A stretch of DNA of 64,000 nt from Candidatus Kaiserbacteria bacterium (lineage in GTDB: Bacteria > Patescibacteriota > Minisyncoccia > Phycocordibacterales > Phycocordibacteraceae). The notes under the pieces are model-generated. The model ran no database searches. It was not told the DNA's origin and saw only the letters and a list, made by a program, of their open reading frames with translations. Both the position numbers and the translations under genes were made by a program. Below are positions 1 through 8,760 of the stretch, one piece after another. The DNA is taken from positions 64,305 to 128,304 of the forward strand of contig JACPGH010000005.1 in the NCBI GenBank assembly GCA_016182485.1, in the 5' to 3' direction. Each line of letters opens with the position of its first letter. The stretch's first letter is position 1.

Positions 1-71
1 GAGTGCGGCCTTCTCCGCCTGCAATCTGTCTTTGAAACGCTCGGATTTCATCTTGATATGATACCAAATAT

Positions 72-1136
72 CTACTCCTCCCGAGAGGTTGCGAGCCGCT
101 CGAGTATTTCCGCGAAGGCCTCCGGATTGCGCGCGATTATGAGCGTGCTCTGATTCCAATATCCGTAGAGAATGATGCTTCTCCTCTCTGAGTCCCGATA
201 TATCCGTACGTCATGGTTCACTATATCCTCGTCCCGGAAACCGGCGGCAACCGCCGGGACTGGAACCGTAGAGGTAGCTGCTGTTGAGGATGCCGTCGCG
301 CTCGCCCCTGCGGCCCTATAGGGCGGATACAGGAGAGCGAGCGCGCTCGGCATGACCGTTTCCCAGCCGAGCATTCCCGAGAGCGTACTGCCGTAGGAAG
401 TAACCGAGAGGATGAAAAAAGGGCTTTGTTCTCCGCCGGCATTGATCACCCCCGCCATGCTGCCTAACGGCTGAATATTGCGCAAGAGAACTCCGGGAGC
501 TGAGACGTTGAGTTGCGAGAATACGTCTTCGGTCGTCGTCGCAGGAGCGAGATAGAGGAACCGAATGGTCCCCGGAGCGAGTCCGCGAGTAAGCGATTGC
601 TCGATAGCTTGCGTTAGCTTTGCGCCGGTTCCCGAGATCTCTTCGCGCTCATCCACGAATATGGGCGCCCGGACGCTCGGCGCAAGGATCACGGGGACGA
701 GCGTCGACTGGTATCGCAGAAATGCGACGGCCGCGCCAGTGCCGCCGGCGAGGATCAGGATGATCCCCGCGATGACGTAGAGTCGATTGCCGCGCCCGCT
801 AGAGGTGCTTGCCAAACGAACGACACGAGGCGCCGAGTCCTGCTCGGCGGCCAGCACCGTTGCCGGCGAGGCTCCTTCTTTTTGTACTTTGTCAGTGAAG
901 TCGCTGGCATAGGTCTCCAGAGGCGCGACGAGCGGCTCTGGTTTCGGCACGGCAGACGGAATTTTCGCAAGAGGCGGGAGGGGAACCGGAGGAACAAGCG
1001 GCTTTTCTTTCGGGGATTCCCTTGTCGACTGCAAGGGGCTCTCTAATGGAGCGAGTTCAGGGGTGCCCCCTTTCTGGAGCATTTCCATATCGCCCGCGAA
1101 CGTGCGAATGAATTTCTTCGGCAATGCCTTCTCCAT
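72..1136 (-). CDS. hypothetical membrane-anchored protein
   Basis: 354-aa ORF, Pro-rich N-terminus, one hydrophobic helix (LYVIAGIILILAGGTGAAVAF). Confidence 0.7.
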   Translation of the reverse strand: MEKALPKKFIRTFAGDMEMLQKGGTPELAPLESPLQSTRESPKEKPLVPPVPLPPLAKIPSAVPKPEPLVAPLETYASDFTDKVQKEGASPATVLAAEQDSAPRVVRLASTSSGRGNRLYVIAGIILILAGGTGAAVAFLRYQSTLVPVILAPSVRAPIFVDEREEISGTGAKLTQAIEQSLTRGLAPGTIRFLYLAPATTTEDVFSQLNVSAPGVLLRNIQPLGSMAGVINAGGEQSPFFILSVTSYGSTLSGMLGWETVMPSALALLYPPYRAAGASATASSTAATSTVPVPAVAAGFRDEDIVNHDVRIYRDSERRSIILYGYWNQSTLIIARNPEAFAEILERLATSREE

Positions 1137-1198
1137 CGCCTCTATAGTAACGCAGGAAATGCGCGCGAGTATGGATTATGCCCGCGCGCCGCGTCGTC

Positions 1199-1714
1199 TT
1201 AGCCGCGGGAAGAGATAGTGAAGCGACGCTGATCCTCGCACATGTCGGTGAAGGCGTGCGCCGCCTCCTTGAGCTTGCCGGAGGAGGACTTCCCGAACGC
1301 GATCACTTCCACCTGACAGCCTTCATGCAGATCAAGGTACTGGATGAGCGGAACAAAATCGCCGTCCCCGGTGACAAGCACCACCGTGTCGAGTTTGGGA
1401 GCGAGCTTCACTGCGTCGATCGCGAGCCCGACGTCCCAGTCGGCCTTCTTCGCCCCATCGGCGAACACTTGCAGGTCTTTTACTTTCGTCTCGATGCCCA
1501 TCTTCGTGAGCGCTTCGAAGAAATTCTTTTCTTCGCCGCTCTCCGTTTTTATGACATACGCGATCGCGCGCACGAGGATGCGGCCTCCGACCGCCTCTTC
1601 GAGGATGTTGGCAAAATTCACGCGGGCTTTATATAAGTGCTTGGCGCTGTGATAGAGATTCTGCGTGTCTATGAAAACGCCGACGCGCTGAGCTGGATGT
1701 TTGATTACGGCCAT
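1199..1714 (-). CDS. NYN domain (LabA/DUF88) protein
   Basis: VFIDTQNLY, KADWDVGLAIDA, LVTGDGDFVPL motifs. Confidence 0.9.
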   Translation of the reverse strand: MAVIKHPAQRVGVFIDTQNLYHSAKHLYKARVNFANILEEAVGGRILVRAIAYVIKTESGEEKNFFEALTKMGIETKVKDLQVFADGAKKADWDVGLAIDAVKLAPKLDTVVLVTGDGDFVPLIQYLDLHEGCQVEVIAFGKSSSGKLKEAAHAFTDMCEDQRRFTISSRG

Positions 1715-1726
1715 GAAATTAGTTGG

Positions 1727-1821
1727 TTAGGCGCTAGGCTCTAGGCGCTAGCAAAATACATTATTAAAAGTGCACCTTCTCATGCTAACACGCAGCTAGA
1801 GCCTAAAGCCTAGTGCCTGGG
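1727..1821. repeat. inverted pair of 7-mer tandem arrays (TAGGCKC / GMGCCTA)
   Basis: ttaggcgctaggctctaggcgctagc at 1727-1752 and gctagagcctaaagcctagtgcctgg at 1795-1820. Confidence 0.75.
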
Positions 1822-1828
1822 CTTTGGC

Positions 1829-2095
1829 CTACTTTTTTAAATCCAGCTTCTTCACGAGCGCATTGTAACGGCGCTTATCGTGCGTCTCGAGATAACGCAG
1901 ATGCGTGCGGCGCGTGGCCACCATCTGCAGAAGCCCGCGGCGGGAATGGAAATCCTTGGGATTCTTCTTCAAATGCTTAGCGAGGTCGTCGATCTGCTTG
2001 GACAGAAGCGCTACCTGTACGTCCGGCGACCCGGTGTCCGCGTCGTGCCGGGCGGCATTTTTAATGATTGCCGCCTTTTTCTTGGTGGTAAGCAT
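1829..2095 (-). CDS. rpsO: 30S ribosomal protein S15
   Basis: DTGSPDVQVALL, KDFHSRRGLLQMV motifs. Confidence 0.97.
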   Translation of the reverse strand: MLTTKKKAAIIKNAARHDADTGSPDVQVALLSKQIDDLAKHLKKNPKDFHSRRGLLQMVATRRTHLRYLETHDKRRYNALVKKLDLKK

Positions 2096-2195
2096 GGATA
2101 TCCGACTTTACCACGCCCAACGCTAAAACGCAAGTCCAGCTTTTTAGCTCGTATCACAGGATTAATGTGCGCACATAGCTTGTTATACTCTTCGC

Positions 2196-3134
2196 ATGAA
2201 TGCGGAGACGGCGAAGCGGCAGTTTCTGGAATATATCGAGATCGAGCGCGGGCGCGCCGTGAAAACCGTCGAGAATTATGACCGGTATCTCTCGCGCTTT
2301 TTTACGCAGATGAAAATAGGGGACGTACGCGATATCGATGAAAAGAGCGTGCGCGAATTTCGCCTGTGGCTCAACCGTCAACCCTCTTTCGCTAAAGCTA
2401 CGGAGGGCGCAGCCGGGACATTAAAAAAGCGGACCCAAAATTATTACATGATCGCGCTCCGCGCGTTCCTGAAGTTTCTGCGCAAGCGGGATATCGCGGC
2501 GATTTCTCCGGAAAAGATAGAGCTTGCTAAGCTGCCGGAGCGTCAACTCGATTTAATTACGCCGGCAGAGCTCGAGCGCCTCATGCGGGCGCCTTCTGAC
2601 GCGCTGGAAAAGGAAAAGGACCCGGACAAAATAACCCGATGCGCGCGCGACCGGGCAATTTTAGAGCTCCTCTTCTCTACCGGCCTGCGCGTCTCGGAGC
2701 TCTGCTCGCTCGACAGCGACCTGGATCTCTCGCGCGATGAGTTCTCCGTGCGGGGCAAAGGCGAGAAAGTGCGGGTCGTCTTTCTCTCCCCTGCCGCCAA
2801 AGAGGCCATTCGCGCTTATTTAAAGCTGCGCAAAGATATGGAAGAGGCGCTCTTCGTGGACGGCCGCCCCGAGAAACCGCACCGCATCACTCCGCGCGAC
2901 GTGCAAAGGCATTTGAAAAAATATGTCGTCCGGGCAGGCATTACGAATATTGTGACGCCCCACACCCTGCGTCACGCATTCGCCACCGATCTCTTGCGCA
3001 ATGGCGCCGACATCCGCTCGGTGCAACAGCTCCTCGGCCACGCTTCCATCAACACGACGCAGATCTACACGCATGTCACCGACGCGCATTTGCGCGAGAT
3101 ACATAAAAAATATCATTCGAAAAATCGCAAGTAA
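2196..3134 (+). CDS. XerC/XerD-type tyrosine recombinase
   Basis: LFSTGLRVSEL, GKGEKVR, HTLRHAFAT, LLGHASINTTQIYTH catalytic motifs. Confidence 0.92.
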   Translation: MNAETAKRQFLEYIEIERGRAVKTVENYDRYLSRFFTQMKIGDVRDIDEKSVREFRLWLNRQPSFAKATEGAAGTLKKRTQNYYMIALRAFLKFLRKRDIAAISPEKIELAKLPERQLDLITPAELERLMRAPSDALEKEKDPDKITRCARDRAILELLFSTGLRVSELCSLDSDLDLSRDEFSVRGKGEKVRVVFLSPAAKEAIRAYLKLRKDMEEALFVDGRPEKPHRITPRDVQRHLKKYVVRAGITNIVTPHTLRHAFATDLLRNGADIRSVQQLLGHASINTTQIYTHVTDAHLREIHKKYHSKNRK

Positions 3135-3183
3135 CCATATCCAAGATAATCGACGGTCGTCCATTATTTTGGATATTCCTTTG

Positions 3184-3209
3184 TTTTAGTATTTTGCAAA
3201 ATACTAAAA
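3184..3209. terminator. perfect 26-bp AT-rich palindrome between converging genes
   Basis: ttttagtattttgcaaaatactaaaa; a second hairpin lies at 3137-3176. Confidence 0.5.
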
Positions 3210-3212
3210 TGC

Positions 3213-3869
3213 TCACTTTTCTCGTACCAAGAAGTACTCCGCCTTTGGCGATTTTTCGTACATTTCAAGCAGACCCTTGATATCGCCGATCTGCGACTCG
3301 TGTTGCTTGAGCGCTTCGAGCTTTTTCTGCCAAGTGCCAGTGACGTTGGAAACGTATTTTATGTCCGATTTTTTGTACCCGGGCGGTACATAAATAAAAT
3401 ATTTCCATTTCCGGCGCTTGGGCGTTTCGAGCCTGCAAAATTGCAGAAGCTTTTTCACGAATGGTAGTCGCTCGAATACGTAGTTCGAGACCATCGCCAT
3501 CGTAATATGGTCGATGTGGCCCGAGACGCCGCGCGGCTCGTAGGTGAGAAGAGTATCCGGTTTTATTTTCTTTAAAATGCGTTCGATCTTCCGCGCAATG
3601 TCGTGGTATAGGTTATTCGAGAGCGCCCCGTCCTTAAATCCTAAGAAAAATACCTCTTTTACGCCGAGGATTTTCGCCGCTCGCTTAAGTTCCAGGGCGC
3701 GGATATTCCCGAGCGCTTTTGCGCCCCTCTTTCCCCTATATTCGCCCGCCTCCCCCTTCGTCGCGCATATAAGATAGACGTCGCGCTCCTGCGCGAACTT
3801 CGCGATAGTCCCGCCTGGCCCGAAGGCCTCGTCATCCGGATGCGCGAATATGCAAACCAATGGCTTCAT
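3213..3869 (-). CDS. PIG-L family deacetylase
   Basis: FAHPDDE, TKGEAG, GHIDH, HESQ motifs; start trimmed to MKPLVCIF. Confidence 0.9.
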   Translation of the reverse strand: MKPLVCIFAHPDDEAFGPGGTIAKFAQERDVYLICATKGEAGEYRGKRGAKALGNIRALELKRAAKILGVKEVFFLGFKDGALSNNLYHDIARKIERILKKIKPDTLLTYEPRGVSGHIDHITMAMVSNYVFERLPFVKKLLQFCRLETPKRRKWKYFIYVPPGYKKSDIKYVSNVTGTWQKKLEALKQHESQIGDIKGLLEMYEKSPKAEYFLVREK

Positions 3870-3910
3870 GTTGAGACTATACACCTGCGACAAAGATGTA
3901 GAATACCCGC

Positions 3911-4705
3911 ATGAAACTCGCGTCGTGGAATGTGAACGGCCTGCGGTCGCTTGCGCCGCAGCAAAATCTTTTTGCGAAGCAGACGCCGAATTACTGGGAA
4001 ATTTTCCTTCAAGCAGTAAGGCCTGACATCTTCTGTTTGCAAGAGGTGAAAGCGAGCCCGGAACAAATTCCGGAAGCGATGCGCTCCCCTGCCGGATACT
4101 CCTCATTTTTCTCCGCTTGCCGCACGCGCAAGGGCTATAGCGGCGTCGCGCTTTATACAAAGGTTAAACCTTTGTCAGTTGTATATGATCTCGGCATCCC
4201 GGAATTTGACGAGGAGGGCCGCTTTATCGGCGCCGAATACGAAGATTTCTGGCTCCTGAATGTCTATTTCCCGAACGGCGGCCGCGGCCCAGAACGGCTC
4301 GACTATAAATTGCGTTTCTATGACGCCTTTCTTCTCTTTGCCGAAAAATTGCGTAAAAATAAACCGGTCATATTTTGCGGAGACATAAATACAGCCCACG
4401 AAGAGATCGATTTGGCGCGGCCGAAAGAAAATGAACGCAATACAGGCTTTTTGCCCGAAGAGCGCGCGTGGCTCGACGAGGTTGTGGCCGCCGGTTATGT
4501 GGACTCGTTCCGCCATTTCCATCCGCATACGCGGGATGCCTACTCCTTCTGGGATTCCTACACGTATGCCCGCGAACGCAATGTCGGCTGGCGCATCGAC
4601 TACTTCTTCGTCGCGCGCGAATTTATGCCGCGCGTCCAGAAGGCCGAAATCCACTCCCAAATCTTCGGCTCCGACCACTGCCCTGTTTCTATTGTTCTTT
4701 CGTAA
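3911..4705 (+). CDS. xth: exodeoxyribonuclease III
   Basis: SWNVNGLR, LQEVK, GDINTAH, GWRIDYF, GSDHCPV. Confidence 0.95.
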   Translation: MKLASWNVNGLRSLAPQQNLFAKQTPNYWEIFLQAVRPDIFCLQEVKASPEQIPEAMRSPAGYSSFFSACRTRKGYSGVALYTKVKPLSVVYDLGIPEFDEEGRFIGAEYEDFWLLNVYFPNGGRGPERLDYKLRFYDAFLLFAEKLRKNKPVIFCGDINTAHEEIDLARPKENERNTGFLPEERAWLDEVVAAGYVDSFRHFHPHTRDAYSFWDSYTYARERNVGWRIDYFFVAREFMPRVQKAEIHSQIFGSDHCPVSIVLS

Positions 4706-4708
4706 AAT

Positions 4709-4789
4709 CGCTCTTCTGAACCTCGAATTCGTTTCGAAACTCGGAACAGCGGGCGAAGTGATGGGCACGACGTGTCCATCACTTCGCCC
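4709..4789 (+). repeat. ~50-bp interspersed repeat plus GGGCGAAG...CTTCGCCC hairpin enclosing a GTGATGG palindrome
   Basis: cgctcttctgaa...tcggaacagcgggcgaag, related to 6870, 21684 and 22557. Confidence 0.75.
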
Positions 4790-4799
4790 AGTCAGCACT

Positions 4800-5192
4800 T
4801 CAGGAAGCATCGAAAGCCTTGATAGTCCTGATCACCCTCTCTCGAGCTTCCGCAGACAACTTCAACAAGAGATTGATCACCTCGGCTTCATTCACGCTTC
4901 TCGTCAGGGAAGGTCTGGATATACCTCTACTCTGGTTCAGACGATGTTCTTTCTCCCCGTTTAGCAGCATAACCTCGAGCTCCGCACTCTGTTTCGGGGA
5001 GAGTCGGTAGCCCCGTGTCAGGGCCGCAAGCTTTCTGTGCGTGGGGCGGTATTTCCCAGACTCTATTTGCGAGAGGCTCACGCGGTTCCGGATGCCGCCT
5101 TTTACTGAAGACATCCGTTCCAGCACCTCAGCTTGGGTCATCTGGTTTGCTTCTCGGATCTGTCTCAGGTGCGTGCCGATCTCATTCATCAA
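4800..5192 (-). CDS. XRE-family HTH regulator
   Basis: LRQIREANQMTQAEV...LSQIESGKYRP. Confidence 0.8.
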   Translation of the reverse strand: MMNEIGTHLRQIREANQMTQAEVLERMSSVKGGIRNRVSLSQIESGKYRPTHRKLAALTRGYRLSPKQSAELEVMLLNGEKEHRLNQSRGISRPSLTRSVNEAEVINLLLKLSAEARERVIRTIKAFDAS

Positions 5193-5244
5193 GATGCCTT
5201 CCTCCTCTACTCACAAGGTTCGCAAGGTCCCTTCCCGGTCTGTA

Positions 5245-5273
5245 AAGTGATGGACACGACGTGGTCCATCACT
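5245..5273. repeat. AAGTGATGGACACG-type palindrome
   Basis: aagtgatggacacgacgtggtccatcact; related copies at 4756-4784 and 31441-31464. Confidence 0.75.
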
Positions 5274-5418
5274 CCTCAAAGTAACTAACAAATATATATG
5301 TATATATTTCCGACATCGTTCTCCTATCAGATATACATATAAAGATTAAATATAGCGTGCTATGCACTAACAAAAATATACTGTTGTCAGAATTTCCGAC
5401 ATATGATACTTTGACGAC

Positions 5419-6189
5419 ATGCTGGAGGAAGGACTGGCCAAAGCTGGCTTAAATGCCAAAGAAGCGGCGATTTATCTCGCCGCGCTTGAGTCGGGCCCCT
5501 CGAGCATTCTGCAACTCAGCCGGAAGACGGGTATCAAGCGGCCGACGATATACGAAATGATGCCCTCATTGCTCCGCTCCGGCGTCATAGCGCAAACAGC
5601 CAAGGGGAAGCGCAAGCAATTCGTGGCTGAGCCGCCCGAGAAGCTCTTTGAGGCCAAAAGGCAGGAGCTGAATTCCCTTCGCGAGCTCCTCCCTACTCTC
5701 GAAGCGTTCCGCAATGCGTCTATCGAAAAGCCGGATATTAAGTGGTTTCAGGGTATTGAAAACATCCAAGAAATTTTGTGGGACATGGTGAGCAACACGA
5801 GCGTGAAAGAGCAGCTGCTCGCAATTGAGGGCCAGTTCAACTCTATCTACCAAAAGCTTGGGGACGAATTCTTCCAGAAACTCTTGAGGGAGAAAGCCCG
5901 CCGTAATCTCGAATCGCTCACAATTTCGACCATGAGTCCGCAGGAGCTGGAGAAAACGGTCCGGGACGCTCCCTGGAGCGTCGGCCACCAGATCGAAGTC
6001 CGCCTTATCGAAGATGCGAATAATGACTTCAAACTCAATTTCTTCATATATCAGGATAAAGTAACGATAATTTCTGCCTTGCAGGAGGTAGCGCTAGTGA
6101 TTGAAAACAAGATCCTGTTCAACAGCCTCAAACTTCTCTTTATGACCCTCTGGAAAACAGCGCGAGAAACTCCCTATCGAATCTCGTAA
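5419..6189 (+). CDS. TrmB-family transcriptional regulator
   Basis: GLNAKEAAIYLAALESG...KTGIKRPTIY wHTH; C-terminal IYQDKVTII...LFMTLW. Confidence 0.88.
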   Translation: MLEEGLAKAGLNAKEAAIYLAALESGPSSILQLSRKTGIKRPTIYEMMPSLLRSGVIAQTAKGKRKQFVAEPPEKLFEAKRQELNSLRELLPTLEAFRNASIEKPDIKWFQGIENIQEILWDMVSNTSVKEQLLAIEGQFNSIYQKLGDEFFQKLLREKARRNLESLTISTMSPQELEKTVRDAPWSVGHQIEVRLIEDANNDFKLNFFIYQDKVTIISALQEVALVIENKILFNSLKLLFMTLWKTARETPYRIS

Positions 6190-6406
6190 TTCGCGGCCCG
6201 ACCACTGCCCCGTTTCGATTGCTCTCTCATAAAACAAAACCGCCGGATGTTATCCGACGGTTCAATGCGCAGAGCAGGGTTACAACTGTGGGGTAAGGCT
6301 CCCCTAAATACTCACCTGCTTTCTGGGCGCTGCGCCGCCCCGGTGACGCTCCATATGCCTCAAGCTCTCCGCCTTATTATTGAGGCACACCCGCCACCCG
6401 GCTGAA

Positions 6407-6625
6407 TCAGATCTTTTCGACAATCACAGTCGTCACGTAATAGACGTGACGCGCGATTCCTTGCATCATGCTGCGCTCGGTGCGATAGTCCCACGTTCCG
6501 TGGAGCGCCAAGCTCGTAGTCGCAGACACAATCCGCCAGCTGCTGCCAAGCTCCCGAAGACGCTTCTCAAGCTCTTCCTCAGGCGAATCGTTACGCGAAC
6601 CCACGATGATTACTTTCTGTTCCAT
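6407..6625 (-). CDS. small hypothetical protein
   Basis: GGAGG upstream of MEQKVIIV; last of three co-oriented small ORFs. Confidence 0.55.
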   Translation of the reverse strand: MEQKVIIVGSRNDSPEEELEKRLRELGSSWRIVSATTSLALHGTWDYRTERSMMQGIARHVYYVTTVIVEKI

Positions 6626-6638
6626 GTATGCCTCCTTT

Positions 6639-6800
6639 CTATTCGTAATCTTCATCGTGAGGAACGGGATCCGCTATCCTTTGGGAGGCAAATGGAAATT
6701 CCTTGCACTTTCGGCAATACAGATCTTTACAGTCATACTGGTTAATTGCGAAAGTGAGGCCACCGCCGCAATGTGGGCAACAAGCATCTCCTCGTCCCAT
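6639..6800 (-). CDS. small Cys-rich (zinc-ribbon-like) protein
   Basis: CPHC and CRKC pairs; GGAGAG before MGRGDACC; alternative start at 6926 would translate through a repeat. Confidence 0.5.
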   Translation of the reverse strand: MGRGDACCPHCGGGLTFAINQYDCKDLYCRKCKEFPFASQRIADPVPHDEDYE

Positions 6801-6869
6801 TAGACTCTCCTTATCCTGCCTCCCCTTTCGGATGAGGACTTTCGGCCAAAGAACATGAGCGAACATCTT

Positions 6870-6932
6870 CGCTCTTCTGAAAATCCAATTCGCATCAGAT
6901 TTTCGGAACAGCGGGCGAATTCTCATTCGCCC
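6870..6932 (+). repeat. ~50-bp interspersed repeat plus small hairpin
   Basis: 6870-6919 is the exact reverse complement of 21684-21733. Confidence 0.85.
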
Positions 6933-7240
6933 TTGCCTCCTTTCTCAAGTAGCGCTCTAACAACCTTGACGACCTCTTCAACCGGGTGGCACTCCAGAAA
7001 GTCGCGATACCCGGCGCTGATGAGTGGACCACGCCCTTTCCCATTGAGTTCGGCATTGACGTCAGAAATGTCGATCCCGATGAGTTGGAAGGCGCGCACC
7101 ACAGCCTCCGCATTCTCATATACGGCTCCGCAGTACTCGATTTCCCCTTTGAAGGAACTGACTGAACATCCCGTGCATCCTTGAACGGCATAGCCGAAGG
7201 CGAGGCGCAGAACAAAGAGTTTCTCCTCGATACTAAACAT
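6923..7240 (-). CDS. hypothetical protein
   Basis: 105-aa ORF with GGAG upstream, divergent from a TrmB-like gene. Confidence 0.6.
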   Translation of the reverse strand: MFSIEEKLFVLRLAFGYAVQGCTGCSVSSFKGEIEYCGAVYENAEAVVRAFQLIGIDISDVNAELNGKGRGPLISAGYRDFLECHPVEEVVKVVRALLEKGGKGE

Positions 7241-7418
7241 AGTGCCATTCTCCCAGTTCCTGCCTGCCCTTTCGGGTCAGGGCTTATGGGTTCAATGTTC
7301 AACGTCTCTGGCACCACAATAGCAGGCGCAACACCTTTTGTCAATATTGGTTATGACACAATTAAATGTCATTGGTGTTTGCATTACATAGGTATTTTGA
7401 TACGCTGTCATATATCCT

Positions 7419-8192
7419 ATGACAGGCAGATCCGTGACAGAAGAACAGCCATTGATTAACCGCCTTGCGGAATGGGGGCTGACGCGGGCGGAGGCCGAAG
7501 TGTATGTCTATTTGCTCCAGCGGCCGACCGAGAGCGGCGGGTCGAAGATCGCCGTGGGGACCGGCCTACACCGGCAGTATGTCTATATCGCCCTAGAGAA
7601 GCTCCTTGCTGCAGGCCTCGTTGAGGCAATTCCATTCGGCAAGCATAAAAAGTACAGAGCCCGCTCCCCGCTCGAGATCGAGAAGATCACGCGCAAGAGG
7701 AGTGTGGCGGCAAGCGACCTGGTGCACGAATTGAATAAGATAAGCGCCATTCATAGCGAACAGGACTTCGAAGTGCTGCAGGGCGCAAATCAAATCCAGC
7801 AATATGAGATGGACTATGTCTATGGATGTACGGAGGGAGAAGAGGAGCTCATTATCGGCGGGCATTCCAAAGGTTTTTTCGACCTAATGGGCGATGGTCT
7901 AGAGGAATATATAGAGGAGAAAGAGCGTAAAGGCATAAAAGTACAATATATTGGCAGCTTGAGCGAGAAGCCGCTCTACGAGCTAAACATTAGCTCGTAC
8001 GGAAATCAGAATTATCGCTATTTAGAGGGGATGCACGAAGGAGTAACGCACTTGGTGATCCGGAAAGATTCAGTTTCCTTTTGGAGTTTTCTCACTCCCC
8101 CGCTGGTCTATGTGATCAAGTCTGCGACTGTGGCAGATGACTACCGGAAATTTTTCCAGCTGCTTTGGGATATCGCCGGCAAACAGGGCTAA
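7419..8192 (+). CDS. TrmB-family transcriptional regulator
   Basis: WGLTRAEAEVYVYLL...TGLHRQYVYIALEKL; C-terminal FFQLLW. Confidence 0.87.
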   Translation: MTGRSVTEEQPLINRLAEWGLTRAEAEVYVYLLQRPTESGGSKIAVGTGLHRQYVYIALEKLLAAGLVEAIPFGKHKKYRARSPLEIEKITRKRSVAASDLVHELNKISAIHSEQDFEVLQGANQIQQYEMDYVYGCTEGEEELIIGGHSKGFFDLMGDGLEEYIEEKERKGIKVQYIGSLSEKPLYELNISSYGNQNYRYLEGMHEGVTHLVIRKDSVSFWSFLTPPLVYVIKSATVADDYRKFFQLLWDIAGKQG

Positions 8193-8607
8193 AGGACATC
8201 CTTCAACCCGCTCGGGATGAGTTTTCCACAGGGATGTCCTTTACAATGTCTTTTATCATTCTAAACTTGGCTAAGGAGGAGGCGGTGTGCGGCTAGGCTC
8301 AGGACCGGCTCCATTGGATGTTCTTTAGGAGTTCTTTTAACATCAGACGCTCTGTGAGTAACCTGCCTGCGCCAGCGGCGATCCGCTAACACTACCGGGC
8401 ACGGGACCCGAACGGAAGCGCAATAGTGCTTTTGACAAAAGCCACCCACCATTTCTCCGACTGAGGCACCATCATTTACGCCCCGCTCCTTTTACGCCGC
8501 AGTCACCCGCTGGGTGGCTTTGTTGTTTACTCTGAGCTTTAGTGAAGGAAGCGAACTGGCCTTCCTATTTAAACTAAGAATGTTTCGCGTGAACCATATA
8601 TGCGTCC

Positions 8608-8711
8608 AAGTTGTGAAGGTCTGACCTTCACAACTTAATGAAAGCAAATTACATTCGATATATTCGCATGATTTACAAGATATATCGGACTGTGAAGGTC
8701 TGACCTTCACA
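8608..8711. repeat. two copies of the palindrome TGTGAAGGTCTGACCTTCACA
   Basis: 8608-8636 (with AAGT/ACTT ends) and 8691-8711. Confidence 0.85.
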
Positions 8712-8760
8712 AGTTAATGAAGTTGCTTTTAACTCCCATTATCTATTGAAATCAATCGAT

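Noticed and set aside
3184-3209. dif site next to the Xer recombinase
   Set aside because: Perfect palindrome with no 6-bp spacer or dif consensus, and the window includes dnaA
4709-6932. Integron attC array
   Set aside because: Repeats lack RYYYAAC/GTTRRRY ends and the recombinase shows no obvious IntI-specific insertion
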